In this document: positions 1 to 10,941 of the stretch, one piece after another
How positions within the stretch are numbered: the stretch's first letter is position 1
Layout: each line of letters starts with the position of its first letter
Source of the DNA: Verrucomicrobiales bacterium
GTDB lineage: Bacteria > Verrucomicrobiota > Verrucomicrobiia > Limisphaerales > JAYPXF01
NCBI GenBank assembly: GCA_002715965.1
Contig: PBAL01000085.1
Location: 905 to 64,904, forward strand
Length of the DNA: 64,000 nt
Reading direction: 5' to 3'
Notes under the pieces: model-generated
Told to the model about the DNA's origin: nothing
Database searches by the model: none
The model's input: the letters and a program-made list of their open reading frames with translations, nothing else
Translations under genes and position numbers: made by a program

Positions 1-1130
1 TCGAGGCGGAGCAACTTGTGGATGCGCTTTACGCCTTCACGAATTGCGAGGCTTCACTGAGTTCCCGCATTACCGTCATTCGTAAGAATCGTCCGGCAGA
101 GATGACCGTCAGCGAGGTGCTTAAGGAGAACACCGCACGCTTGGTGGAAATTCTCAAACAGGAACTGGAACTCAAGCTCGCAAAGCTTGAGAAGGAGCTC
201 CACTTCAAAACGCTCATTCAGCTCTTCGTCGAAAATCGCATCTACAAGCGCATCGAGGAATGCACGTCGAACGATGCGATCTACAAACAGATCTACGCCG
301 GCTTCAAACCACTTCGCCGGCGGATGTTCCGCGATCTCGTGGATGATGACATTGAAATGTTGCTGGGTGTCCGCATTCGACGCATCTCGCTGTTCGACAT
401 TAAGAAACACAAGGAGGAGATCAAGAAGGTCAAAGCCGAGATCGAAGAGACGAAAAAGAATCTCAAGTCACTCACAAAGTATGTGATCCGCCACCTCAAA
501 GACCTGCTTGAGAAATACGGGAAGGCTTATCCGCGCAAAACGAAGCGCGCCCGCTTCGACGAGGTTGTCGCCCGCGACGTTGCCTTCAAGGCGTTCAAGG
601 TCACGTATGACAGGAAGCGCGGATACGTCGGCTACAAGGTGAATGGCGACGAGTTCCCGGTGGCATGCACGCAATATGACAAAATAGTGTTGGTCTCAAA
701 GACCGGCTCATACAAGGTGATCCAGATCGAAGAGAAGTACTTTGCCGGAAGCGATCTGGTGCATTGCGAACACCCCGATCGCGATTCGGTCTTCACAATG
801 GTGTACCAGACCAAGGACGCCTGTTACCTCAAGCGTTTCACCTTTGGCGGTACGATCATGAACAAGGAATACAGCCTCGTTCCCGAGAAGAAGAAGGCAA
901 AGATCGTCTACTTCGAGCGCGGAACACCGGAAGAACTGTTCGTTCGCTACAAGCCGATGCCCAAACAGAAGATCAACCAGCAGACCTGCAAACCGAAGCT
1001 GTTGGCAGTCAAGGGAGCGAAAGCGCGAGGAAAACAGATGTCACCGAAATCGATCAGCAACATCGGGGCAAAGCCGCCGAAGAATTGGGATCCGGATGCG
1101 ACGACGACAGAGATCCCACTGGGGATATAG
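1..1130 (+). CDS. Type IIA DNA topoisomerase subunit A (ParC/GyrA family), C-terminal part; 5' end lies outside the window
   Basis: The reading frame is open from the window edge (no stop before the ORF-track start at 18). The coiled-coil segment ...LEKELHFKTLIQLFVENRIYKRIEE... and the following beta-rich C-terminal domain resemble Bacteroidota/PVC-type topoisomerase IV/gyrase A subunits. TAG stop at 1128-1130. Confidence 0.7.
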   Translation, partial: EAEQLVDALYAFTNCEASLSSRITVIRKNRPAEMTVSEVLKENTARLVEILKQELELKLAKLEKELHFKTLIQLFVENRIYKRIEECTSNDAIYKQIYAGFKPLRRRMFRDLVDDDIEMLLGVRIRRISLFDIKKHKEEIKKVKAEIEETKKNLKSLTKYVIRHLKDLLEKYGKAYPRKTKRARFDEVVARDVAFKAFKVTYDRKRGYVGYKVNGDEFPVACTQYDKIVLVSKTGSYKVIQIEEKYFAGSDLVHCEHPDRDSVFTMVYQTKDACYLKRFTFGGTIMNKEYSLVPEKKKAKIVYFERGTPEELFVRYKPMPKQKINQQTCKPKLLAVKGAKARGKQMSPKSISNIGAKPPKNWDPDATTTEIPLGI

Positions 1131-1227
1131 CTCAGAAGGAAATTCCGGCGTTCAGCGACAACTAAGAATTCGGATTATCCTGCAGCTCGAACTCCCGGCT
1201 TCGACGATGCCAACCCAGGCGAAAACC

Positions 1228-1256
1228 GTAGCTTCGACTGGCAGTCGAAGCCCGGC
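1228..1256. repeat. TTCGACTG-N-CAGTCGAA palindromic repeat, copy 1
   Basis: GTAGCTTCGACTGGCAGTCGAAGCCCGGC has 10-bp palindrome arms. It is related to 34640-34668 in inverted orientation. Confidence 0.75.
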
Positions 1257-1343
1257 ATGTCCCCCACGACAAGCGCGCAAGTCTTATTCAACACGGTCGG
1301 TCGAACGCAAAACGAAAGTAGCACGCCAAACTCCTGTTCACGC

Positions 1344-1484
1344 GTTCTCCCTCTCCCCAGCCCTCTTCCGTTGAGAGAGAGAGTCCAAACCAAACGCTCT
1401 CCGTCGTTCGAATCCCATCAAGCCATGCGACTCCGCAAATCTTCCCTCTCCCAGCGGGAGACGGATTGAGGGTGAGGGAGAAAA
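1344..1484. repeat. Nested-palindrome REP-like element, split or composite copy (A plus B)
   Basis: The left outer arm GTTCTCCCTCTCCCC lies at 1344-1358. The inner hairpin CCTCTCCC-AGC-GGGAGA and the right outer arm GGGTGAGGGAGAA lie at 1445-1482. About 85 nt of other sequence separates the two parts. Confidence 0.65.
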
Positions 1485-1547
1485 TATCCAAGTTCAATTT
1501 GCCCGTCTTGCAACTCGTTTCACGCGCATGTCGGAAAGGGAGAAACA

Positions 1548-2648
1548 GTGAACAAAGACGATCTCAAACGCTGGCGATTGATACTCGGGCATTCCTCGCA
1601 AGACGACCTCAGCGAGATGGGCGCCTGCAGACTCTCAGACGACCAGATGGCAATGGGCGAAGCCCTGGCCGCTATCTACGACGACACCGACTGTGGCGAA
1701 AGCGCGCCCCGAAGCGCCGGATTTGGCATATCCTCCCCTGCCCTCGCAAAATGGCTTGGCGACATTCGCAACTACTCTCAGGAAGACGTCGTCTCGGTGA
1801 TTCAACAGGACGCGATTGAACGCAAGGGTCTCACCCAACTGCTCTTCGAACCGGAGATGCTCAAGAGCGTGGAAGCGAACCCGCAGCTGGCGGGCACGTT
1901 GATGTCTCTGAACGGACAAATCCCCGAACGCGCGAAGGAAACCGCCCGCATGGTCGTGCAGGCCGTGGTGGACAAGATCAAGCGATTGCTCGAACAGAAG
2001 ATCCGGCAGGCGGTAATGGGCGCACTCAACCGCAACGAACATTCACCCATCCCGAGCGTCTCCTCCATCGACTGTAAATGGACCATCGACCGCAATCTCA
2101 AGAACTACCAACCGGACCTCGGGACGATCATCCCCGGGAAGGTTTGGTTCTACTCCCGCGCTCAACGTTCGAACAACTGGGCAATCATCGTCGATATGGA
2201 TCAAATCGGTTCCATGGCCGAATCCGTCGTCTACGGTTCGGTGACCGGATCCAGCTTTGCCAGCCTTCCGGCATTGAAGACCCACGTCGTCGCCTTTGAC
2301 ACCGAGGCCGTCGATCTCACTGAAATACGCGGCAACGATCCGGTGGACATGATCTTTGGCTCGCAGCTGGGCGGTGGCACGGACATCAACAAATCCGTCG
2401 CCTACTGCGAACAGTTCATCACCGATCCGAGCCAAACCCTGTTCTTCCTGATCACCGATCTTTGCGAAGGCGGTAACGAGGCCCAGCTCGTCCGGCACGT
2501 GCGTGACATGGTCGAATCGGGCGTCCAAGTGATCTGCCTCCTCGCCCTGTCTGATGGTGGAGTTCCGTTCTACAACGAGGGCCTTGCAAAGAAGTTAAGC
2601 CGATTGGAGGTCCCTTGCTTTGGATGCTCGCCCAGCATACTTCCTTAA
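1548..2648 (+). CDS. von Willebrand factor A (VWA) domain protein, YehP-like
   Basis: GTG start preceded by AAGGGAG. N-terminal DLKRWRLILG motif. VWA core with MIDAS-like elements VDMDQIGSM, GGGTD and LITDL. Confidence 0.7.
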   Translation: MNKDDLKRWRLILGHSSQDDLSEMGACRLSDDQMAMGEALAAIYDDTDCGESAPRSAGFGISSPALAKWLGDIRNYSQEDVVSVIQQDAIERKGLTQLLFEPEMLKSVEANPQLAGTLMSLNGQIPERAKETARMVVQAVVDKIKRLLEQKIRQAVMGALNRNEHSPIPSVSSIDCKWTIDRNLKNYQPDLGTIIPGKVWFYSRAQRSNNWAIIVDMDQIGSMAESVVYGSVTGSSFASLPALKTHVVAFDTEAVDLTEIRGNDPVDMIFGSQLGGGTDINKSVAYCEQFITDPSQTLFFLITDLCEGGNEAQLVRHVRDMVESGVQVICLLALSDGGVPFYNEGLAKKLSRLEVPCFGCSPSILP

Positions 2649-2760
2649 CTCATAGAAGGCGCGTTGAAGAAACAAGACCTGCAGGCTCTGGCGAACCGGC
2701 TGCGCACCAAAGCAGAGTAGTTCGACACTTCGGGATTAACCGGTTGCAGTGCTGGTCGCC

Positions 2761-3138
2761 CTACTTCCGTCCCAGCCAGAGCATCAGCATCGGAATCAGT
2801 ATCCCCCCCGCAAGGGTGGCCCAAAGAGCCCATTGCGGTTTCAAGGTCCTGAAGGCCAGGTAGAAGCCAAGCGCGATCGTCAATGTCGCGGCGAGGGACA
2901 TCAGCACGACGAGCCATTGAAAGAGAAAAGGCGAACTGGGTTTTCCAAATTCATCTTCACCGGGATAGATCTGGTCCACGTGAACCGTCCGCGCCTTCTG
3001 CAAAAAGGTCTCCGCTTCACTGGGATGCTTCAGCCGCTCTGGATTGACGGTCTGGTACCACCCCGTGAGGATGTAGAAGACCAGCATCGGCGTGAAGAAG
3101 ACGCCGAGGTAAAGATGAGTTTTGCGGGCCCACTTCAT
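2761..3138 (-). CDS. Small integral membrane protein (PepSY-associated TM helix-like)
   Basis: 125 aa. N-terminal KTHLYLGVFFTPMLVFYILTGWY resembles the PepSY_TM helix motif. Three to four hydrophobic segments. Confidence 0.5.
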   Translation of the reverse strand: MKWARKTHLYLGVFFTPMLVFYILTGWYQTVNPERLKHPSEAETFLQKARTVHVDQIYPGEDEFGKPSSPFLFQWLVVLMSLAATLTIALGFYLAFRTLKPQWALWATLAGGILIPMLMLWLGRK

Positions 3139-3160
3139 CGTGGCTGGAGCGCGTCGATGA

Positions 3161-3811
3161 TCACTCGACGATCGGAATGAAGAGTCGTTGCCCGATCTGA
3201 ATGCGATCCACGTTGACCCTTGGATTGGCGGCCTTGACCTGTGCGAGTGAGATCCGCGCCCTGCTGCCGATTCGCTTCAACTCAGCGTTAAAGGCCGCAA
3301 TCACCGCGGAAACGGTCTGCCCTCTTTCCATCACGTGCCACTTGCCTTTTGCTCTCCCGCCCGATCCCGTTCCACCGCTACTCGAGTTGGAGGGAACCTG
3401 GATCACCGTGGATGGCGTATCCAGAATCTTCACGATCTGGCGTTGCACCTTGTCGAAAGTGTCCTTGGTAAGCTTCACATCTGCCAACCTTCGCTTGTCG
3501 ACCTCCTCGATTGACTTGCGCAGTCCGGTCAGCTCGCTCTTCTGGGCAAAATCTGAAAAGGCCTTCTTGTAGGCGTCCGCAAATCGCTCCATGGCACTGT
3601 TCTGCCTGCGTAGCTGTTCCGAAAGTTTGTTGATGTTCTTAGTCAGACTCACGTTGACCGCCTTGAGATCTTCAACTTCTGCCGTCAGACGTTTGATCTT
3701 CTCCTCCACCTCCTGCTTTGCCGCCGAGGGAAGCAGCGATGAGGTTCCCTGCGCGGCAAGGTCAGCGGCCAGGCAGAACGAGAGAAAAACAATCCCGTAC
3801 AACTTCTTCAT
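3161..3811 (-). CDS. Secreted coiled-coil protein with C-terminal LysM peptidoglycan-binding domain
   Basis: I prefer the start at MKKLYGIVFLSFCLAADLAA (signal peptide) over the upstream ATG at 3847. The central region is heptad-like and the C-terminus (HVMERGQTVSAVIAAF...IQIGQRLFIP) is LysM-like. Confidence 0.75.
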   Translation of the reverse strand: MKKLYGIVFLSFCLAADLAAQGTSSLLPSAAKQEVEEKIKRLTAEVEDLKAVNVSLTKNINKLSEQLRRQNSAMERFADAYKKAFSDFAQKSELTGLRKSIEEVDKRRLADVKLTKDTFDKVQRQIVKILDTPSTVIQVPSNSSSGGTGSGGRAKGKWHVMERGQTVSAVIAAFNAELKRIGSRARISLAQVKAANPRVNVDRIQIGQRLFIPIVE

Positions 3812-4160
3812 AATAGCGACCATAGGAAGCTCGTGGTTGACGTGCAAGGTTCAATGGAAACGGCCAGACTTGGCGGGTGCATTGGGATTGGACGGGATGC
3901 AATTCAGTTCGCTCCTGGTTAGTTCGCCAAGCTCTGCTGGAAACTGGAGAGCCAATCACTGGTCGGCAGTTCACTGCAGGCCGATGGTGCTCGCTCAGGA
4001 GTATCCAAGAGATTCCGCCAAAGAATAATGATGAGGAAGCCTCCATGAGATTCTGAAAATGACTTTGCGAGCACCATTGGCGAGGCCAATCGTGCCGATC
4101 AATGCTCGGCGTTCCATGTTGTTTTCGAACTTGCCCGAGAAAAAATCAATCGCAACGACG

Positions 4161-7100
4161 CTACTGCTTGGGTGCTGGCTGGGGACCACCCTGTGCGCCC
4201 GCCGCACCCGCTTGAGGATCCATGGCTTGAAACGCGTAAAAGAGCTTCACGGAGATCGCGCGAATCCAGCCCGGCTCCTCGGTGGCGAACCTGCCCCCAA
4301 TCACCTTCGCCAAAGCACTGTTGGCTTTCTCAAAGTCCGATTGTTCGAAGTAGTGGTCCATCAACCGGGCCAGAACTGTGCCTGGAGCGGTGTCATTGTC
4401 CGGATAGTTCACCGCGGTGAGATTGACATTTGGATTCATGAACAACTGTTCGGCGAGTTTCAAAAACATGTCCTGCTCGCCGATTTCCCACGCAAGCTCC
4501 GCGCGATAGGTGTCGTAGACATGAGCGTTGGCTTCGTCGTTTTGGGAGAACAAACCCAAGGCCCGCATGAATGGCGATGGGTCCTCCTGGAAGAACACCG
4601 AGCGGGAAGCGCGCATCTGCGCCATTGCCGTGAACGCAAATTCCACGGCATGCTCCGGCTTGTTCTTGATGTCGCGGGCAATTGACGCAAGATGGTCGGT
4701 CATATCCAGGAAATCCGATTTTGTCGGCAGGCTTTCATCCTTGCTCCGCGACGCCAGGAAAACAGGCGTGGGGTCATCAGGATAGAACTGCGACCAGGAC
4801 CTGAGAAACGAGCGGTACATCTCGCCACGGAATATCGATTCGTAGTCGTTGTGATTCACGATGTCGCTGATGTCATCAAAGGTCAGGTTGTTCTTACGCA
4901 GGTATTGATGAAGCAGCATCGTCGAGCGAACAAATTTCCGCTCATCGAATTCGTAGACATGAAACGAGGGCTTGAGGGTGAACTGGCCTTTTTGCGCAAG
5001 GGCATCAAGCACGGGAAACAGATCCGAGTGATGCTCCGTCATCACCGGAGAGATGAATCGCCCGTATTCCTCCGAAACGAGCTGATGCGCCAAAAACGTT
5101 GCCGGTCGGTTGATGAGTATCTGGCTGAGACTTCCCGCGACGGCAGGCACTTCCAGACGCTCCAGCACGCTGTCGAGATCCGGTTCCATGGGCTTCAGTG
5201 AACCAATCAAAATCAGATCGCCCATCGACCCAGACCAAATACTCATGTGAGGAAAGATAATGCTGTAGGTCTTCAGCACAGTGTCGATTGCGTCTTCGGG
5301 AATCTCATACACATGCAGCCATTGGCACATCACGCCGTCGTCGTTCAGATGACGGCGGCAGGCGTCGTAGAACTCCAGCGAGAAAAGCCCGGCCACCCCG
5401 GCCATCCAGGGATTCGACGGTTCGCTGACGATGATGTCGTAACGGTTGGTCGTGCTTTGGAGGAAGGATTTGGCGTCGTCCACATAGGTGGTCATCTTCT
5501 CGTTGTTCAACGCATCGCCATTGAAGTTCTTGAAAATCACCGCAGCTTCGACGACCTCCTTGTTGATCTCCACCGCATCAACTCTCCGGATGTCAGGATG
5601 CGTCAGAATCGCCCCGCAGGTCGCGCCACTTCCGAGTCCCACCACCAGTGCGGATTCTGGCTTCTCGTGCAGCACGGCAGGGACGTGCCCGAGCAAAAGT
5701 TGCGTCACCATATCCGAAGTGGAAGAAGCATCCGCCTTGCCGTTGACTTTGAGGAAGATTCCCCCGTCATTGGTGGATTGCTTCACCGTGACAGTCGAAC
5801 CCGCACCATCGCGGTGATAGAGAATGCTGTAATTCTCCGTCGCGGCAAACTCTTCAAAGGACGCCGGAGCGGGTTGGCTGCGCCAGGTCCCGGCGGTTAG
5901 ATACTGCGACCACTTGTCGTGAAACATCAGGCCCGCAAGAATCATCCACATCACCGTCGCCGGGATGATCAGGGGCACCCATTTCTTGTGCTTGGCGCCA
6001 GCATTGCGGGAGAGGATGACCACTCCGATGCAGATGTTCAGCGCAGCGCCCAGGGCGAATGTCCGTGCCAGTCCGAGGTTTGGCAGCGCCCACAACCCGG
6101 TCAGCACAACCCCCAAGACCGCGCCGATCGTGTTGAATGAGAACACCCGTCCGACCGAACCGCCCGTCCTCGCGAGTTCAGCAGTGGAAATCCTGCTGAC
6201 CAACGGAAGGGTCATTCCAAGAAAGGTTGTCGGAATGATCATCACCGCAAAGCTCAGCAAGCCACGCATCACCTGATAGAACGGATAATTCTCCGAGCTT
6301 CGTTCAATGACGTTTGCGAGTTTGGCGAACCAATAGGGCAGCCGTTCATACGTGAACATCGTGAGGATGATCGAGACACCCACGAGGATCTCCAGCCACG
6401 CAAACCAATTCATGCTGTTGCGCTCGATCCTGATCCGGCCGATCAGCCAGGCGCCCATGGCGATTCCCATGATGAACGTAATTAGCATCATCGCGAATGC
6501 GTTCGAGCTGGATCCCATCGCCAGACCGAGCAGGCGTGTCCACGCCACTTCATAGAGCATCGCAACCGCGCCAGACAACGCAATCGCCCAGACCGCCATG
6601 TTGATTTCGCCCTTGGTGAAGGTCTCCGTCATCTGCGGCTCCGGCTCGGATTCGGCCAAGGTCGTGTGCTCGTCATCATCGGCCTCATCATCATCGGAAT
6701 TGTCCCGCACCCCGAGTTCCTCACCAATGTAACCGCTCACGAACAATGCAAGCGCGCCCGCTGCCAGATTCATCGCTGCGCCGGCTTGAATCGAAAACTG
6801 CAGCCCCCATTGCGGAACGAACCAGAACTCTGCCAGGGCCACTCCGACAACCGCGCCAACGCTGTTGATGAAATACAGGTTCGAAATCTGCCCCTTCAAC
6901 TCATCCAACGAGCGCGTGAGCATCTTGGTGAGAACGGGAAGCGTTCCGCCCATCAACACCGTCGGAATGATCAGCAGAACCAGCGAGATTAGAAACTTCC
7001 AGACCAGCAACATCGGACTACCGGGAGCGGTCGTCTCCGCCTGAGTGAGATACAGGCCGTAGCAAATATCGTAGAGCGGAGTGAAGAAGATCGCGTAGAT

Positions 7101-7382
7101 GCCGATACCCAGCTCCAACCAGCCATACATCGCCAGCGGCCGGCGCACCTTGTCCGCCGTCATGCCCAGCCACGCATTGCCCAAGGCAAGTCCGCCCATG
7201 AACGCGACCAGCACGGCCACGATCGCGTAGCTCGTGTGTCCGGTAAACAAGGCCAGATATCGCGTCCACACCACCTGGTAAACCAAGGCCGCAATGCCCG
7301 AGAGCAGCATGCAGAAAATCGCCATGGGCAACACCGGCCCACGGCCCCGTGCGCGACTTGAAACGCCGAATCCTGTGAACAT
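4161..7382 (-). CDS. Fused polytopic membrane (MFS-like) / spermidine synthase-like protein with C-terminal helical (TPR-like) domain
   Basis: Two blocks of about 7 TM helices are separated by the acidic linker DNSDDDEADDDEH. The class I SAM-fold aminopropyltransferase motif VVGLGSGATCG...DIIVSEPSNPW is present. I chose the start MFTGFG (ATG at 7380-7382) because the longer ORF (to 7574) overlaps the divergent DUF1501 gene. Confidence 0.8.
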   Translation of the reverse strand: MFTGFGVSSRARGRGPVLPMAIFCMLLSGIAALVYQVVWTRYLALFTGHTSYAIVAVLVAFMGGLALGNAWLGMTADKVRRPLAMYGWLELGIGIYAIFFTPLYDICYGLYLTQAETTAPGSPMLLVWKFLISLVLLIIPTVLMGGTLPVLTKMLTRSLDELKGQISNLYFINSVGAVVGVALAEFWFVPQWGLQFSIQAGAAMNLAAGALALFVSGYIGEELGVRDNSDDDEADDDEHTTLAESEPEPQMTETFTKGEINMAVWAIALSGAVAMLYEVAWTRLLGLAMGSSSNAFAMMLITFIMGIAMGAWLIGRIRIERNSMNWFAWLEILVGVSIILTMFTYERLPYWFAKLANVIERSSENYPFYQVMRGLLSFAVMIIPTTFLGMTLPLVSRISTAELARTGGSVGRVFSFNTIGAVLGVVLTGLWALPNLGLARTFALGAALNICIGVVILSRNAGAKHKKWVPLIIPATVMWMILAGLMFHDKWSQYLTAGTWRSQPAPASFEEFAATENYSILYHRDGAGSTVTVKQSTNDGGIFLKVNGKADASSTSDMVTQLLLGHVPAVLHEKPESALVVGLGSGATCGAILTHPDIRRVDAVEINKEVVEAAVIFKNFNGDALNNEKMTTYVDDAKSFLQSTTNRYDIIVSEPSNPWMAGVAGLFSLEFYDACRRHLNDDGVMCQWLHVYEIPEDAIDTVLKTYSIIFPHMSIWSGSMGDLILIGSLKPMEPDLDSVLERLEVPAVAGSLSQILINRPATFLAHQLVSEEYGRFISPVMTEHHSDLFPVLDALAQKGQFTLKPSFHVYEFDERKFVRSTMLLHQYLRKNNLTFDDISDIVNHNDYESIFRGEMYRSFLRSWSQFYPDDPTPVFLASRSKDESLPTKSDFLDMTDHLASIARDIKNKPEHAVEFAFTAMAQMRASRSVFFQEDPSPFMRALGLFSQNDEANAHVYDTYRAELAWEIGEQDMFLKLAEQLFMNPNVNLTAVNYPDNDTAPGTVLARLMDHYFEQSDFEKANSALAKVIGGRFATEEPGWIRAISVKLFYAFQAMDPQAGAAGAQGGPQPAPKQ

Positions 7383-7489
7383 GCGCGGGAGTGTGGTCAA
7401 AATGGAAATCCGTGGCAACGGGATTTGTGGCGTGTGTGCTGGCCAACAAAACAATTGGCGAGAACACAGACGTTTTCTAGGATTCGATC

Positions 7490-8890
7490 GTGCTGCGTTT
7501 GTTGTCCAATCAGTTGACCTCCAACTGCGAAGGCTTTTCGCGCCGCGAATTCCTCCACGTTGGTGCATTGTCACTGGGTGGATTGACTCTGCCAGGAATG
7601 CTTCGAGCAGCGAGTGAAGTGGGCAATCGCGGCATCGTCCGCGACAAAGCGGTGGTGATGCTCAACCTCCAAGGCGGACCTTCTCAACACGAGACCTTCG
7701 ACCCAAAGATGGATGCGCCATCGGACATTCGTTCGGTCTTTGGCGAAATCCCGACATCCCTTCCAGGAGTGCGGTTCGGCAGCGATCTCAAGCGACTCGC
7801 CAAGCTCGCGGACCGAATGGCAATCGTTCGCTCGTATCGGCACGGGATTGGGAGCCACGGCCCGGCAGCCTACCACGTGGCCGCCGGAGGGAATGCGACC
7901 GGCGCCTGCATGGGAACTCTCTTCGCGAACGCAGCGGGCCTGACCAATTCGAGCACCGGAATGCCTAACAACACGCTGATCACAGCAAGAAGCATGGGCG
8001 AAGAATACAAGGAGCTTTACGCCTCCCCCGATCGTGTTTCGCAAACCGGATCCTTGTCCGAATCGTTCAAGTCGTTCGACCCCGGCAACGGTGGAACGCT
8101 GCTGGACGACATGAAATTGAATGTCCCAAGTGGCAGACTGGACGATCGAACTTCCCTTTTGGGTGAACTGGACAAGCTCCGTCATCATGTTGATGGCCGG
8201 ATCGAAAATGCTTCCACCTTTGATCAGCAGGCGATCGATATCGTCCTGCGCGGTGTCGGAGATGCCTTTGATCTGAGCAAGGAAGATTCTCGCACGGTAG
8301 CGCGCTACGATACCGCGCACATCACACCCAGTGCAGGCGTCATGAGCCGTAACAGCTACGCCAAGATGTTTTCGCCCGTCACGCTTGGCAAACAGATGCT
8401 CATGGCTCGCCGACTCGTTGAAGCCGGCTGCGGATTCGTGACCGTGACCTGCGGTGGCTGGGACATGCACGGTGGTGGCAAGGAATACACGATTCGCGAC
8501 GGAATCCCCGTGCAGACAGCCGCCGTCGACACAGCGGCCAGTGCTTTCATCGAGGACATCATCGATCGCGGCCTCTTCGAAAAAGTCCTGCTCGTGATCA
8601 CTGGTGAATTCGGCCGCACGCCCAAGATCAACAAAAACGGCGGCCGCGATCACTGGGGCAATCTCTGCCCGCTCGTTTTTGTCGGCGGAGGATTGAAGAT
8701 GGGGCAGGCCATCGGCGAATCCGATCGTCAGGGCGGCAGTCCCGTTTCCAGCCCCGTCAGCAGCAGCAATCTCCTCGGCACGATCATGCACACCTTGCTG
8801 GACATTGGCGAACTTCGCACGCGCACGGGCATCGCGCCCGATGCGCTGAGCGCCATTACCGATGGGCACCCAATTGCCCAACTGGTCTGA
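7490..8890 (+). CDS. DUF1501 domain protein (sulfatase-fold, Tat-signal)
   Basis: GTG start. SRREFLHVGALSLGG twin-arginine-like signal. C-terminal GEFGRTP...GRDHWG motif typical of DUF1501. Confidence 0.85.
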   Translation: MLRLLSNQLTSNCEGFSRREFLHVGALSLGGLTLPGMLRAASEVGNRGIVRDKAVVMLNLQGGPSQHETFDPKMDAPSDIRSVFGEIPTSLPGVRFGSDLKRLAKLADRMAIVRSYRHGIGSHGPAAYHVAAGGNATGACMGTLFANAAGLTNSSTGMPNNTLITARSMGEEYKELYASPDRVSQTGSLSESFKSFDPGNGGTLLDDMKLNVPSGRLDDRTSLLGELDKLRHHVDGRIENASTFDQQAIDIVLRGVGDAFDLSKEDSRTVARYDTAHITPSAGVMSRNSYAKMFSPVTLGKQMLMARRLVEAGCGFVTVTCGGWDMHGGGKEYTIRDGIPVQTAAVDTAASAFIEDIIDRGLFEKVLLVITGEFGRTPKINKNGGRDHWGNLCPLVFVGGGLKMGQAIGESDRQGGSPVSSPVSSSNLLGTIMHTLLDIGELRTRTGIAPDALSAITDGHPIAQLV

Positions 8891-9057
8891 GCAATGGAAC
8901 GCATTGCACTGGCATCCAAACTCCGTAGAAACGACCAGATTCGGAGGGGAAGGCACCTCTCGAATGCGCCCGCATTCTTGTTGCCTCAGCCTTCAGCCTT
9001 GAAACGGAATCTGCAATCAGGCTTACTTCCGAGAATTTGATCGCGAACTAAGACTGA

Positions 9058-10848
<1,791 letters not shown>

Positions 10849-10859
10849 GAAATCTTCCT

Positions 10860-10922
10860 CCTTGTCTTAATCGTTGTCCTAATTCTCTGGGATTAAGACA
10901 AGGATCGGGACGACGATTAGGA
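10860..10922 (+). other. Interleaved inverted repeats (alternative hairpins or pseudoknot) between convergent carB and GDH genes; possible bidirectional terminator
   Basis: CCTTGTCTTAATC (10860-10872) is perfectly complementary to GATTAAGACAAGG (10891-10903). TCTTAATCGTTGTCCT (10865-10880) pairs with GGGACGACGATTAGGA (10907-10922), with G-U pairs only on the + transcript. Confidence 0.4.
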
Positions 10923-10941
10923 AATCCTACATACCCGCAGC

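Noticed and set aside
7571-8956. Long antisense ORFs opposite well-supported genes. Examples: 7571..8956 (461 aa) and 37991..39415 (474 aa) opposite the two DUF1501 genes; 16545..17579 opposite cysK; 20652..21629 opposite the CxxCH/HEAT protein; 27426..28508, 28880..29914 and 56357..57373.
   Set aside because: In every case the opposite strand carries clear family motifs. The antisense translations are Arg/Gly/His-rich with no recognisable motifs. Long shadow ORFs are expected in GC-rich DNA with strong codon bias.
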